Assembly: GCA_030637945.1 (NCBI GenBank)
Contig: DAOWFN010000092.1
Span: 1 to 44,958 of the forward strand
DNA length: 44,958 nt
Source of the DNA: Gammaproteobacteria bacterium
Lineage (GTDB): Bacteria; Pseudomonadota; Gammaproteobacteria; SZUA-229
Direction of reading: 5' to 3'
In this document: piece after piece, positions 9,344 to 19,569 of the stretch
Position numbering within the stretch: position 1 is the first letter of the stretch
Layout: the number at the start of each line of letters is the position of its first letter
Program-made: the position numbers and the translations under genes
Notes under the pieces: generated by a model
What the model was told of the DNA's origin: nothing
Database searches by the model: none
Seen by the model: the letters and a program-made list of their open reading frames with translations, nothing else

Positions 9344-9483
9344 CACGGAGGTCATAGAGTTTTTTGTAGGAGCGAATTCATTCGCACAATGGTGCCAAAG
9401 TATGTGTTCGTCGTGCGAATGAATTCGCACCTGCATTAAAATAGCTAAACAACACTAACAATCTTTTCTCGGTGACCTCCGTG
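9344..9483. repeat. Composite REP-like element: outer 11-bp inverted repeat enclosing two inverted copies of a GTAG-headed palindromic unit
   Basis: Outer repeat is CACGGAGGTCA (9344-9354) with TGACCTCCGTG (9473-9483). Inner repeat is GTAGGAGCGAATTCATTCGCAC (9366-9387) with GTGCGAATGAATTCGCACCTGCA (9413-9435). The same unit recurs at 35243-35270. It sits between convergent gspF and yggT. Confidence 0.8.
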
Positions 9484-9494
9484 GTGAAAAAATT

Positions 9495-10046
9495 TCATAA
9501 CATCTGAAATAGCGACAGCACTAGGCGTTTGATAAACATCAAACCAATCAACGCCATTATCGTAGATAGATCAATACCACCGATTGGTGGGACATGTTTT
9601 TTTATCGGGTTGAGCACAGGCGCGGTCAGACTACGCAGCAGGCTGCTAACCGGATGATAAGGGTCAGGGTTTATCCAGCTTAGGATGGCCTGAACGAATA
9701 AAGCAACAATAAAGATGTCGAAGGTAAGGGATACCAGATCATAAAGTCCCTTGATTAAAAGCTGCAAGCCATCCATCGGATAACCGGCAATACTGAATAT
9801 AAGAACCATTTTTACGATAAGTAAAACCAGTACCAGTACTAGTGTAGCGGTATCTATTTTTTTTATACTGGGAATAAATCGTCGGGCAGGATTGACTAAA
9901 GGCTGAGTGGCTTTAACTATAAACTGTGAGATCGGGTTGTAAAAATCTGCACCTACCTGTTGCAGTATGAAACGCAGCAACATGATAGCGATGTAAATAC
10001 TAAAAAGAGTATTTATCAGAAAGATAAAGGGATTGTCGTGACTCAT
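9495..10046 (-). CDS. yggT: YggT-family integral membrane protein
   Basis: 183 aa with two YGGT-type repeats, hydrophobic. Lies downstream of proC, as in the Pseudomonas proC-yggT arrangement. Confidence 0.8.
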   Translation of the reverse strand: MSHDNPFIFLINTLFSIYIAIMLLRFILQQVGADFYNPISQFIVKATQPLVNPARRFIPSIKKIDTATLVLVLVLLIVKMVLIFSIAGYPMDGLQLLIKGLYDLVSLTFDIFIVALFVQAILSWINPDPYHPVSSLLRSLTAPVLNPIKKHVPPIGGIDLSTIMALIGLMFIKRLVLSLFQML

Positions 10047-10085
10047 TATTTTTAGCCTGCCAATAAAATGTTAAATTATTTTTAC

Positions 10086-10916
10086 TTATTCTGAACCAAG
10101 TTCATCTGCCAGTGATATAGACCGATCGTTTGCTGCTTGCAGGGCCTCAAAAACAATTTGTTGAAAATTTGCAGACTGAAAATTCAAGATCGCCTGTTCA
10201 GTTGTGCCACCTTTCGAGGTTACGTTTTTTCGTAGATCAGCAGGCGATAAGTCGCTTTCAGTAGCCATACGCGCTGCCCCAAGGGCCGTCTGCAAGACCA
10301 GCTGTTGCGCGACTTCAGTTGTTAAGCCTAGTTTTTCACCCGCTTGTTGCATGGCTTCCATTAACAGGAAGAAATAAGCTGGACCACTGCCTGAAACGGC
10401 CGTAACAGCGTTTAGTAGTTCTTCTTTATCTACCCAGATGACAAGGCCGACAGCTTTAAGAATATTTTCTGCCTGTTGCTTTTGCTCGTCTGTGACTGAT
10501 TCATTCGCAAACAAACCAGATGCGCCACATTGTAATAAAGCAGGTGTATTCGGCATACATCTAACGATCGCCCGTTGTCCGGCAGGCTTGTCCTGGTTTA
10601 ACCAGCGGTTGATGTCGGTGCTTCTAACGCCGGCAGCAATAGAGATAAATAACGGGTGTTTAGTGTGGCTGCTGCCGAGTTGTTGGCATACGGTTTTTAG
10701 TACCTGTGGTTTGACTGCCAAAATGATAATTTCGCAATTCTCCAGCACATTAACGTCTGCTCCTGTGCCGACGTTAAATTCAGTGGATAGCGTTTTGCGT
10801 TTTTTAGCATCAGGCTCAGTAACAATAATGTCAGCGGCTAGATAACCTGCATTAATCAGTCCGCCAATAAGGCTGCCGGCCATGTTGCCGCCGCCAATAA
10901 ATCCAATCGTAGGCAT
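10086..10916 (-). CDS. proC: Pyrroline-5-carboxylate reductase ProC
   Basis: MPTIGFIGGGNMAGSLIGGL Rossmann start and C-terminal TSKGGTTEQA motif. The track ORF starts 5 codons earlier (10931). Confidence 0.92.
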   Translation of the reverse strand: MPTIGFIGGGNMAGSLIGGLINAGYLAADIIVTEPDAKKRKTLSTEFNVGTGADVNVLENCEIIILAVKPQVLKTVCQQLGSSHTKHPLFISIAAGVRSTDINRWLNQDKPAGQRAIVRCMPNTPALLQCGASGLFANESVTDEQKQQAENILKAVGLVIWVDKEELLNAVTAVSGSGPAYFFLLMEAMQQAGEKLGLTTEVAQQLVLQTALGAARMATESDLSPADLRKNVTSKGGTTEQAILNFQSANFQQIVFEALQAANDRSISLADELGSE

Positions 10917-11120
10917 CGGTGGTTCACACATCGGTTAATTACAATAATGGATAAATTTTAACATACTCACTAGGCATCCAAGCTTTTGTTCATTCATCAG
11001 AGTCTCCTTAAAGCAAAAATATTGATGAAATACTCGCCGAATACAGGAAGAAAGTGGATTTTTTAGCTATAAATAGGGGAGTCATAAAAAGAACAGTTTT
11101 AAGTATATCAGGGGAAATTG

Positions 11121-12155
11121 ATGGATATCGCTCAGTTACTTGCATTTAGCGTAAAAAATGGGGCATCGGATTTACATTTGTCTGCGGGGTTGCCTCCGAT
11201 GATCCGTGTGGATGGAGACGTGCGACGTATTAATGTTGACCCTATGGATCATGAGCACGTCCATGGCATGGTGTACGACATCATGAACGACAAACAGCGC
11301 AAGACTTTTGAGGAATATCTGGAAACTGACTTTTCGTTTGAGATTCCTGGTCTGGCTCGTTTTCGTGTAAATGCGTTTAATCATAATCGTGGTGCAGGTG
11401 CGGTTTTTCGTACGATTCCATCAAAAATTTTGACACTGGAAGAGTTAGGTGCACCGAAGATATTTGAAGAGATTTCAGATACACCTCGCGGTATCGTATT
11501 GGTTACAGGCCCGACGGGGTCAGGGAAATCAACCACACTTGCAGCCATGGTGAACTATGTTAACGAAAACCATTACGGCCATATCCTCACCATTGAAGAC
11601 CCGATCGAATTTGTGCATGAGAGTAAAAAATCGTTGATCAATCAGCGTGAGGTACATCGCGACACCCTGGGTTTTAGTGAAGCTCTCCGGTCTGCATTAC
11701 GTGAAGACCCGGACGTTATCCTGGTGGGTGAGATGCGTGACCTCGAAACAATTCGACTCGCATTATCTGCTGCTGAAACAGGCCATCTGGTGTTCGGTAC
11801 CTTGCATACCAGTTCGGCTGCGAAGACCGTCGACCGTATCGTTGACGTATTTCCAGCGGCTGAGAAAGAGATGGTACGTGCGATGTTGTCAGAATCATTG
11901 CGCTCTGTCATCTCACAGACCCTGCTGAAAAAAATTGGCGGCGGCCGTATAGCCGCACATGAAATCATGATCGGCACATCCGCGATTAAAAACCTGATCC
12001 GTGAGAACAAGATTGCACAGATGTTTTCTGCGATCCAAACAGGCCAGTCGCTGGGCATGCAAACACTGGATCAGAACCTGGAAGAACTGTTATCACGAGG
12101 GCTGATCAGTAAAGATGAAGCACGTAAAAAAGCGGCTAATAAAGATCTTTTCTAA
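11121..12155 (+). CDS. pilT: Type IV pilus retraction ATPase PilT
   Basis: 344 aa, nearly collinear with P. aeruginosa PilT as I recall it: MDIAQLLAFSVKNGASDLHLSAGLPPMIRVDGDVRRI, GPTGSGKSTT, AIKNLIRENKIAQM. Confidence 0.96.
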   Translation: MDIAQLLAFSVKNGASDLHLSAGLPPMIRVDGDVRRINVDPMDHEHVHGMVYDIMNDKQRKTFEEYLETDFSFEIPGLARFRVNAFNHNRGAGAVFRTIPSKILTLEELGAPKIFEEISDTPRGIVLVTGPTGSGKSTTLAAMVNYVNENHYGHILTIEDPIEFVHESKKSLINQREVHRDTLGFSEALRSALREDPDVILVGEMRDLETIRLALSAAETGHLVFGTLHTSSAAKTVDRIVDVFPAAEKEMVRAMLSESLRSVISQTLLKKIGGGRIAAHEIMIGTSAIKNLIRENKIAQMFSAIQTGQSLGMQTLDQNLEELLSRGLISKDEARKKAANKDLF

Positions 12156-12226
12156 ATTAGCTGATGATTAATAATCGAAATATTCAGAGTGACCGTATTA
12201 ATAAATTAAGTAATGAGGTGGTCTAA

Positions 12227-13390
12227 GTGGATCGCGATAAAGCAATAAAATACATGCATGACCTGCTGCGAACTATGGTACAGAAGGATGGTTCTGACCT
12301 GTTCATTACTGCGGGCGCAGTTCCTTCTATCAAGGTCGATGGTGAAATGAAGCCGTTGTCGAATCAGTCGTTAAATCCACAGCATACGCAGGTGCTGGTC
12401 AGTGCGATCATGAACGATAAACAACGTGCAGAATTTGAAGAGACGCAGGAGTGTAATTTCGCGATTAGTCTGCCGGGCCTCTCACGATTTCGTGTCAATG
12501 CATTTACCCAACGTGGCTCTGTTGGTGTCGTGCTTCGTGTTATCCGTTCAGATATTCCAGTCTTTGAAGATTTAAACTTGCCGCCTGTATTACAAGATAT
12601 AGCGATGACTAAACGTGGCCTGGTTATTTTTGTAGGAGCTACCGGATCTGGTAAGTCTACATCGTTAGCAGCGATGGTTGGATATCGTAACCAGAATAGT
12701 CATGGCCATATTATTACTATCGAAGATCCGATCGAGTTCGTGCACAACCATGGTAACTGTATCGTGACGCAACGTGAAGTAGGTGTTGATACAGATAGTT
12801 ATGAAATAGCGCTGAAAAATACTTTACGACAGGCGCCAGATGTTATTTTGATCGGTGAGATACGTGACCGTGAAACAATGGAACATGCTATTGCTTTTGC
12901 CGAGACTGGCCACCTATGTTTATCGACATTACATGCGAATAGTACTAATCAGGCACTGGATCGTATTATCAACTTCTTCCCGGAAGAGCGACGTCAACAA
13001 CTGTTGATGGACCTGTCATTAAATTTAAAGAGTTTGGTCTCGCAGCGTCTGATAGCAACAACATCAGGGACAGGCCGTGTGGCGGCAGTTGAGATCATGA
13101 TCAATTCACCATTGATGGCGGACTTAATATTTAAAGGTGAAGTCCACGAAATAAAAGAACTGATGACGAAATCTACAGAACTCAGCATGCAGACATTTGA
13201 CCAGGCATTATTTGATCTGTATGAGAGCGGCCAGATTACATATGAAGACGCATTAAGGAATGCAGACTCTGTCAATGATTTACGCTTGAGGATTAAGCTG
13301 GAAGGCAATGAATCGAAGAACAATGATTTGATGGAAGGCCTGGATAACGTAACGATAGAAGATAGCGATGATAAATCACGTTTTATGTGA
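12227..13390 (+). CDS. pilU: PilT-family ATPase PilU
   Basis: 387 aa, GTG start. GATGSGKSTSLAAM, GEIRDRETMEHAIAFAETGHLCLSTLHAN, LMDLSLNLKSLVSQRL; PilU-type C-terminus. Confidence 0.9.
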   Translation: MDRDKAIKYMHDLLRTMVQKDGSDLFITAGAVPSIKVDGEMKPLSNQSLNPQHTQVLVSAIMNDKQRAEFEETQECNFAISLPGLSRFRVNAFTQRGSVGVVLRVIRSDIPVFEDLNLPPVLQDIAMTKRGLVIFVGATGSGKSTSLAAMVGYRNQNSHGHIITIEDPIEFVHNHGNCIVTQREVGVDTDSYEIALKNTLRQAPDVILIGEIRDRETMEHAIAFAETGHLCLSTLHANSTNQALDRIINFFPEERRQQLLMDLSLNLKSLVSQRLIATTSGTGRVAAVEIMINSPLMADLIFKGEVHEIKELMTKSTELSMQTFDQALFDLYESGQITYEDALRNADSVNDLRLRIKLEGNESKNNDLMEGLDNVTIEDSDDKSRFM

Positions 13391-13449
13391 TCCGTTTTTT
13401 ATTTCATGTTGAAAAGCACTGAAGCGTAACAACTAGTTGAGATGAGAAA

Positions 13450-14574
13450 ATGAATTTGCAACCGTACTTAAAATTAATGTCTGAGCAGCAAGCGTCTGAT
13501 ATGTATTTCACAACAGGCGCGCCTGTCAGTGTGCGTATCGAAGGTGCGATGCGTCCGGTTGGAAAAAGCATGCTGAGCCCTGGCATGACTAAAAAGCTTG
13601 CATACGATTTGCTTACTCCGGTTCAGATCAAGGAGTTTGAAAGAACGCTTGAATTAAATCTAGGCGTCTCATATATCGATCTGGGAAGATTTCGTATAAA
13701 CATCTATCTGCAACGCGGCGAAGTTTCTATGGTTATTCGCTACATAAAAGCAGATATACCGACTATTGATGATCTTGGTTTGCCAGAAGTTTACAAGACC
13801 ATGATCATGTGTAAAAAAGGATTAATTCTTGTGGTAGGTGCAACTGGCATGGGGAAATCAACTTCGCTGGCATCGATGCTTGATTATCGTAATATGACAG
13901 AAAGTGGCCATATCCTCACTATTGAAGATCCTATCGAGTTTATGTTTCGTCATAAAAAATGTATCGTCGGGCAGCGTGAAGTGGGGCTGGATACATTGTC
14001 ATTTGATAATGCATTACGAGAAGCGATGCGCGAAGCACCCGATGTCATCATGATCGGAGAGTCACGTGATAAAGAAACAATGGAAGCTGCATTACGTTAT
14101 GCAGATACTGGTCATCTGTGCTTGACCACATTGCATGCGACAAATGCACATCAGACACTGGATCGCATGTTGCACTATTTTCCCAGCGAAGCCCACAATC
14201 AGGTGTTAATGGATCTATCTTTAAATTTGAACTGTATCCTGGCGCAGCGACTCGTTAAAACAGAAAATGGCAACCGTGTACCTGCTATTGAAGTTATGGT
14301 AAATACGCCCTATATCAGTAAATTGATACGTGACGGGAACTTCCATGAGATCAACGATATCATGGAAAAAGGAAATGACGAAGGAATGAAAACATTTGAT
14401 CAGTCATTGCTGGAATTGTATAAAGCCGGCCAGATCAGTCTGGATGCTGCACTGGTCAACGCGGATTCGGCGAGTGAGCTTGAATGGAAGATTAATTTTG
14501 GTGGAGGTATGAATGATTCGCGCGAAAATGAAGCAGCTGATTTTCCAAGTACGTCAACCGAAACAAAAAAATAA
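13450..14574 (+). CDS. Second, more diverged PilU-like PilT-family ATPase
   Basis: 374 aa. GATGMGKSTSLASM, GESRDKETMEAALRYADTGHLCLTTLHATN, LMDLSLNLNCILAQRL. Paralogous to the preceding gene. Confidence 0.85.
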   Translation: MNLQPYLKLMSEQQASDMYFTTGAPVSVRIEGAMRPVGKSMLSPGMTKKLAYDLLTPVQIKEFERTLELNLGVSYIDLGRFRINIYLQRGEVSMVIRYIKADIPTIDDLGLPEVYKTMIMCKKGLILVVGATGMGKSTSLASMLDYRNMTESGHILTIEDPIEFMFRHKKCIVGQREVGLDTLSFDNALREAMREAPDVIMIGESRDKETMEAALRYADTGHLCLTTLHATNAHQTLDRMLHYFPSEAHNQVLMDLSLNLNCILAQRLVKTENGNRVPAIEVMVNTPYISKLIRDGNFHEINDIMEKGNDEGMKTFDQSLLELYKAGQISLDAALVNADSASELEWKINFGGGMNDSRENEAADFPSTSTETKK

Positions 14575-14585
14575 CTTACGATAGT

Positions 14586-15881
14586 TTAACTACTCTCAGC
14601 GTCACTAAACAGTAAATCACCGTTTACCATGGTGTGTTTAACTTTTCCCTGAAAATTCCATCCTAGAAATGGTGTGTTCTTACCACTGCTGTATATGGCA
14701 TCGCTTACTAGTTGCCAGTCTTCGGTTTCATCATATATACAGATATCGGCATTTGCTCCGACAGATAAAGTGCCGGCATCAATACCCAGGATCGTTGCTG
14801 GTGAGCATGTGATTTTTTTGATTATATCGCTTGTCGTAAGTGGTGTTTGTTGTGACAGTCGTAAACATAATGGTAATAACGTTTCTAGTCCTGAGATGCC
14901 CGCTTCGGTACTCGCAAAAGGTGCCTGTTTGGCATCGATATCATGTGGTTGATGGTCTGAGCATATGGCATCGATGGTGCCATTTACGACCGCATTTCGT
15001 AATGCTTCCTGGTCACGTTGTGCGCGTAGCGGCGGGATAACATGGCAGGCACTATTGAAGCTGCTTATGTCGTGTTCAGTGAGATGTAACTGATGTGCGC
15101 TAACATCTGCGGTTACGGGTAAGTGCTCATTTTTTGCTCGCGCTATCATTTCCGCACCCTGTGCGCTGGACAGCCGCCCGAAGTGAACGCTGGCACCCGT
15201 CTCTGCAACAAGCTCCAGTGCACGTGCAATAGCGACGGTCTCTGCTGAAACGGGTATGCCTTTTAAGCCTAATCTTGTTGCGATTTCACCTTCGTGTGCG
15301 CTGCCGCCAACGCTCAACCAGTGTTCATCAGGCTCAATAAAAACACGCATATCAAAAGTGGCGGCATAGGTTAAAGCACGCTTGAGTATCTGAGAATTTT
15401 CCACCGGCTTGCGGCAGTTGCTTAATCCTACGCAACCAGCCTGCCGTAAGGCATGCATCTCACTTAAGTGTTCGCCATTTAGACCTGTTGTCAATGCGCC
15501 GAGCGTAACTATACGGCTATGTGCGATACTGGCTGTTTTTTGATTGATTAATTCGACAACAGCGGGTTCATCGATTACCGGGTCGGTGTCTGGCGGGCAG
15601 CACAATGTCGTGATGCCGGCATTGGTAGCAGCAATAGTTTCGCTTTTGATGGTTGCTTTATGTTCTTGTCCGGGTTCACGTAAACGTGCGCAACAATCGA
15701 CCAGGCCGGGAATAATGGTTAAGTTGCTCGCGTCGATGATCTGGATATCATCCTTCATCGTAAGTGTGTTAGCTGGTTCGATAGCTGCGATTTTCCCGTC
15801 GACGATAAGAATATCGGCGAGTTGATCAACATTGTTTGCAGGGTCTATCAGCTGCCCATTTTTTATAATGGTATTGTTCAT
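14586..15881 (-). CDS. pyrC: Dihydroorotase-like protein, probably non-catalytic (PyrC'-type ATCase partner)
   Basis: 431 aa amidohydrolase fold. The DxHxH metal site reads DCCA (15687-15698), followed by RLREPG. A later HxxH region reads VHFGRLS. It overlaps the pyrB stop by ATGA. Confidence 0.85.
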   Translation of the reverse strand: MNNTIIKNGQLIDPANNVDQLADILIVDGKIAAIEPANTLTMKDDIQIIDASNLTIIPGLVDCCARLREPGQEHKATIKSETIAATNAGITTLCCPPDTDPVIDEPAVVELINQKTASIAHSRIVTLGALTTGLNGEHLSEMHALRQAGCVGLSNCRKPVENSQILKRALTYAATFDMRVFIEPDEHWLSVGGSAHEGEIATRLGLKGIPVSAETVAIARALELVAETGASVHFGRLSSAQGAEMIARAKNEHLPVTADVSAHQLHLTEHDISSFNSACHVIPPLRAQRDQEALRNAVVNGTIDAICSDHQPHDIDAKQAPFASTEAGISGLETLLPLCLRLSQQTPLTTSDIIKKITCSPATILGIDAGTLSVGANADICIYDETEDWQLVSDAIYSSGKNTPFLGWNFQGKVKHTMVNGDLLFSDAESS

Positions 15882-16936
15882 GGCTTGTCATCCATGTTAT
15901 CTGTATGACTACCGCTTCCGTTGTCATTTTTTTCAGGTTCGCGTCCCAATGTCATCGTCATCACGGCCATGCGAACAGATATGCCATATGATACTTGATC
16001 AAGGATGACTGAACGTGAGCCATCGGCGACGCTGGAATCGATTTCAACACCGCGATTGATGGGGCCTGGATGCATGACGATGGCATCCTTTTTTGCTGCC
16101 CGTAATTTTTCTTCAGTAAGACCATAGAGTTGAAAATATTCTTGTTCGCTAGGTAAGAGCGCGCCTGCCATACGCTCTTTTTGCAAACGCAGCATAATAA
16201 CTACATCAGCGTCCTGGATGCCGGTTTCCAGGTCATGAAAAACATTTACGCCCATGTTTTCAATGCCCACAGGCAGTAATGTTTTTGGTGCGATGACGCG
16301 AACGTCGCCAGTGTTTAGTGTGTTAAGTGCGTGTATCTGCGAGCGTGCGACGCGTGAATGTAAAACATCACCGACGATGGCAACACGAAGATTGCCAAAA
16401 TCCGGTCCCTTGTTCCGACGGATGGTAAACATATCCAGCATGGCTTGAGTGGGGTGTGCATGTCTGCCATCACCGGCGTTGATGACACTGATGTTTGGTG
16501 CCACATGATTGGCAATGTAATGAGCTGCACCTGAATCGCTGTGTCGGACGACAAACATATCGCAGTGCATCGCCTGAATATTTTGCAGCGTGTCGAGCAG
16601 GGTTTCACCTTTTGATGTAGCGGAGGTGCTGATGTTGATATTCAATACATCTGCAGAAAGCCGCTTTGCGGCCAGTTCAAAAGTTGTTCTGGTTCTCGTG
16701 CTGGGCTCAAAAAATAAATTTACAATAGTTTTGCCGCGTAGCAGAGGGACTTTTTTAATGCTTTTTTCGTTGATATCAGTAAAGTTTTCTGCGGTATCCA
16801 GAATTTGCGTCAGTATATTGCTGCCTAGCCCTTCGGTGGTCAGAAAATGTTTTAAGTGACCGTTGTTATCTAATTGTATATTCCATGCATCGTGTCCGAT
16901 TAAAGCGTCAGTGGGTTTTGCTGCTTTGTTCACCAT
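15878..16936 (-). CDS. pyrB: Aspartate carbamoyltransferase catalytic chain PyrB
   Basis: 352 aa. [36 protein letters not shown]. Confidence 0.95.
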   Translation of the reverse strand: MVNKAAKPTDALIGHDAWNIQLDNNGHLKHFLTTEGLGSNILTQILDTAENFTDINEKSIKKVPLLRGKTIVNLFFEPSTRTRTTFELAAKRLSADVLNINISTSATSKGETLLDTLQNIQAMHCDMFVVRHSDSGAAHYIANHVAPNISVINAGDGRHAHPTQAMLDMFTIRRNKGPDFGNLRVAIVGDVLHSRVARSQIHALNTLNTGDVRVIAPKTLLPVGIENMGVNVFHDLETGIQDADVVIMLRLQKERMAGALLPSEQEYFQLYGLTEEKLRAAKKDAIVMHPGPINRGVEIDSSVADGSRSVILDQVSYGISVRMAVMTMTLGREPEKNDNGSGSHTDNMDDKP

Positions 16937-16945
16937 GGTGACCTG

Positions 16946-17494
16946 TTATCTCCTGAGTACGGCCTGGGGTGTTGTATCAACAGGTAGCACTTCGATGGCG
17001 AGTGGCTCTGGTCCTGTCAATTTTATGTGTTCCCCTTCGTTCAATACAACATGTTCACCGACGATGTCGGCCTGTAACGGCAGCTCGCGACCGCTACGGT
17101 CAAGCAGGCAAACCAGGGTGATGCTGGCAGGGCGGCCATAATCAAATAATTCATTCATCGCAGCTCTGATCGTTCGACCGGTGTGTAACACATCATCGAC
17201 CAGGATGATGTGCCGGTCTTCAACATCGGGGGGTAATTTTGATGGTTTAACTTCCGGATTCAATCCGATACGTGAAAAATCATCACGATAGAAACTGATA
17301 TCCAGGCTTGCTAAGGGTTCGGAAAAGACGTCTTTTGAGTTATTGAGCTGTTGGTAAAGTTCTGTTGCTACCCATACACCACCGGTATGAATGCCTACCA
17401 TCAACGGATTATCGATTGCTTTTTCATCAAGCAATGTTTGTATTTTTTCTGCCATTTGTGCCAGAAGTTGATCTGGTGTGGCGAGTTGATGCAT
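16946..17494 (-). CDS. pyrR: PyrR, pyrimidine operon regulator / uracil phosphoribosyltransferase
   Basis: 182 aa with PRTase motif IILVDDVLHTGRTIRAA. Lies directly upstream of pyrB. Confidence 0.9.
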   Translation of the reverse strand: MHQLATPDQLLAQMAEKIQTLLDEKAIDNPLMVGIHTGGVWVATELYQQLNNSKDVFSEPLASLDISFYRDDFSRIGLNPEVKPSKLPPDVEDRHIILVDDVLHTGRTIRAAMNELFDYGRPASITLVCLLDRSGRELPLQADIVGEHVVLNEGEHIKLTGPEPLAIEVLPVDTTPQAVLRR

Positions 17495-17536
17495 AAATTT
17501 CCGTTAACTTAGTGGATATGTTTTTTTGTGCCCGGT

Positions 17537-17971
17537 CTACGTTTGCCGGTCTAACCAACGTTGCACAATAATTGCGGCTGCTATTCTATCAATCTCGTGC
17601 TTATTCTGCTTATTTATTTTTATATTTTCCTTAAGTATCTCTTCAGCCTGTTGAGAACTTAATGCCTCATCGACTTCGATCACGGGCAATTTAAATCGTT
17701 TTTCCAGTTCGTAGCAAAAATGTCTGGCGGCAGCTGTCATTTTATTTTCGCTGCCATCGGTATGATACGGCATGCCAACAATTAATTTTTGTGGTTTCCA
17801 CTGTTGAATTTCAGCATCGATCGCCTGCCAGTCAGGGTTGCCGTCAACCTGATTTATGGTCTTACAGGGTGTGGCAGAGTTTGTAATGGTTTGGCCGGTA
17901 GCAAGGCCAATACGTTTTTTACCGTAGTCAAAACCTAATACGGTTGTTATCTGTTCGTTTATCGCTGCCAT
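17537..17971 (-). CDS. ruvX: YqgF/RuvX putative pre-16S rRNA nuclease
   Basis: 144 aa. VLGFDYGKKRIGLA start motif and C-terminal AAIIVQRWL. Confidence 0.9.
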   Translation of the reverse strand: MAAINEQITTVLGFDYGKKRIGLATGQTITNSATPCKTINQVDGNPDWQAIDAEIQQWKPQKLIVGMPYHTDGSENKMTAAARHFCYELEKRFKLPVIEVDEALSSQQAEEILKENIKINKQNKHEIDRIAAAIIVQRWLDRQT

Positions 17972-17989
17972 TTTAAATCGATGTTGAGA

Positions 17990-18574
17990 TCAAGCGTGAC
18001 CCGTATCGCTGCTGAGCAATGATAGATCAATACCAATAAGTTTTGCTGCGGCTTTCCAGCGTTCTTCTGGAGGTGTATCAAAGATGATCTGTTCATCAGC
18101 CGGGCAGCTCAGCCAGGTATTACTTGCGATTTCGTCATCCAGTTGCCCTGCAGCCCAGCCTGCGTAACCTAATGCTACAATGCTGTCTTTAGGGCCTTTA
18201 TTATTTACTATGGCTTGCAGGATGTCTTTTGATGTAGTCAAAGCCACGCTGTCGTTTACTTTCAGCGTTGACTGCCAGTCCCCCGTTGGTCGATGTAGTA
18301 TAAAACCACGCCCCTGATCGACCGGGCCGCCAATAAACACCGCCTGGTCTTCATTGTGATGATCTAGAGTTTCTATTTTCATCTCTTTGATTATCTGCCG
18401 CAGTGTAAGGCTGGTTTCCTGATTGATGATAATACCGAAGCTGCCTGTTTCATCATGTTCGCAGATATAAGTGACCGCATGATTAAAAAAACCATCATCC
18501 AGTGACGGCATGGCGATAAGAAAATGTCCGGTGAGATTGTAGCTGCCGGAGTCTGTTTTATTGCTGACTGCCAT
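17990..18574 (-). CDS. yqgE: YqgE/AlgH-family protein (UPF0301)
   Basis: 194 aa. LTGHFLIAMPSLDDGFFNHAVTYICEHDETGSFGIIIN is the family signature. Confidence 0.88.
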   Translation of the reverse strand: MAVSNKTDSGSYNLTGHFLIAMPSLDDGFFNHAVTYICEHDETGSFGIIINQETSLTLRQIIKEMKIETLDHHNEDQAVFIGGPVDQGRGFILHRPTGDWQSTLKVNDSVALTTSKDILQAIVNNKGPKDSIVALGYAGWAAGQLDDEIASNTWLSCPADEQIIFDTPPEERWKAAAKLIGIDLSLLSSDTGHA

Positions 18575-18589
18575 GGATAAAGGTGTTTT

Positions 18590-19483
18590 TCACCGTGTAC
18601 GAATACTGCTGTTATTTAAAAATTCCCAGCTGCGGGTGATATGTATGACATCTGCTTCTTTACGAAGTTTCTTTGGAAATGCGGAATAGGGGGCTGCTAA
18701 TTTTACAATGCGTTTCGCAGCGTCATCAAGGATCTGGTGACCGGATGATTGGCGCAGGTCTGTTTTGACAAGTTCACCATCGGCGTTGATAACAACATCA
18801 AGAATAAGCGTGCCGCTTAGTTTTTTTCTTCTGGCCTGGTCAGGGTAATTTAAATTACCTACACGCTCAACACGATTGATCCAGTTACGCATATATTCTG
18901 CCGGGGTGAATTCTTTGGTGCTGGAATTTAGATATTTGGTCCTATCAATACTTGCCTGTTCTTCTATGATGTCACTAATTTCGGCTGCCTGCCGTGCTGT
19001 TTGTGTATTTTCACTAATGTTTGTTTCATTTACCGTTGTATCATCCTCAGCTTTAACAGGCGTTTTTTCAGTATTGATCGCATACTCAGCATCCTGTTGA
19101 GTGAGTAAAGCTTGTTGCTCGTTGTGTTTTTGTTGCTGTACCTGTTGCACGCTGGCCTGCAGGGCAATGCCGGGTTCGTCTGATAATGTTGCAGCGCTAA
19201 ACAGTTCACGAGACCTGGCTTTTTCTTCTGCATCACCGCCGCCGAGCTGTGAAACCTGTGCCAGATAATCGACATCTTCGGACTCTTCGATATCAGCAGG
19301 TGCCTGGGTCTGTACCAGAATAATATCAAGCGTCGGTGCAGTTTTGCTGTCAGCGGGAGGGGATATGCTGAAAGTGACGCCTAAGATAATAATACCGTGA
19401 AAAATTGTGGCAAGAAAAAACGTCATGCCAAAACGGTCGTTATCAGTGACAGTTGGTTTGATCGTTCTACGATTTTTCATCAT
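18590..19483 (-). CDS. TonB C-terminal-domain protein (position equivalent to P. aeruginosa TonB3/PA0406)
   Basis: 297 aa with one N-terminal TM and a Q/E-rich spacer instead of a Pro-rich rod. The C-terminal domain is YPDQARRKKLSGTLILDVVINADGELVKTDLRQSSGHQILDDAAKRIV. Confidence 0.75.
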   Translation of the reverse strand: MMKNRRTIKPTVTDNDRFGMTFFLATIFHGIIILGVTFSISPPADSKTAPTLDIILVQTQAPADIEESEDVDYLAQVSQLGGGDAEEKARSRELFSAATLSDEPGIALQASVQQVQQQKHNEQQALLTQQDAEYAINTEKTPVKAEDDTTVNETNISENTQTARQAAEISDIIEEQASIDRTKYLNSSTKEFTPAEYMRNWINRVERVGNLNYPDQARRKKLSGTLILDVVINADGELVKTDLRQSSGHQILDDAAKRIVKLAAPYSAFPKKLRKEADVIHITRSWEFLNNSSIRTR

Positions 19484-19569
19484 TTTTAAGGACGTTTTTC
19501 AAGATGATTAAGTCATTCCTGTCTGTTTCGTGGTTTTAATTGCAATCTGGATTCATCTGCATTAATTCA

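Noticed and set aside
9209-9436. 75-aa minus-strand ORF spanning the gspF 3-prime end and the REP element
   Set aside because: It overlaps the gspF coding sequence and runs through a palindromic repeat, so it has no coding support.
14575-14585. Only 11 bp between the convergent stops of the second pilU-like gene and pyrC', with no terminator
   Set aside because: Tight convergent gene ends are common, and nothing structured can fit in 11 bp. It is noted only as the absence of a feature.
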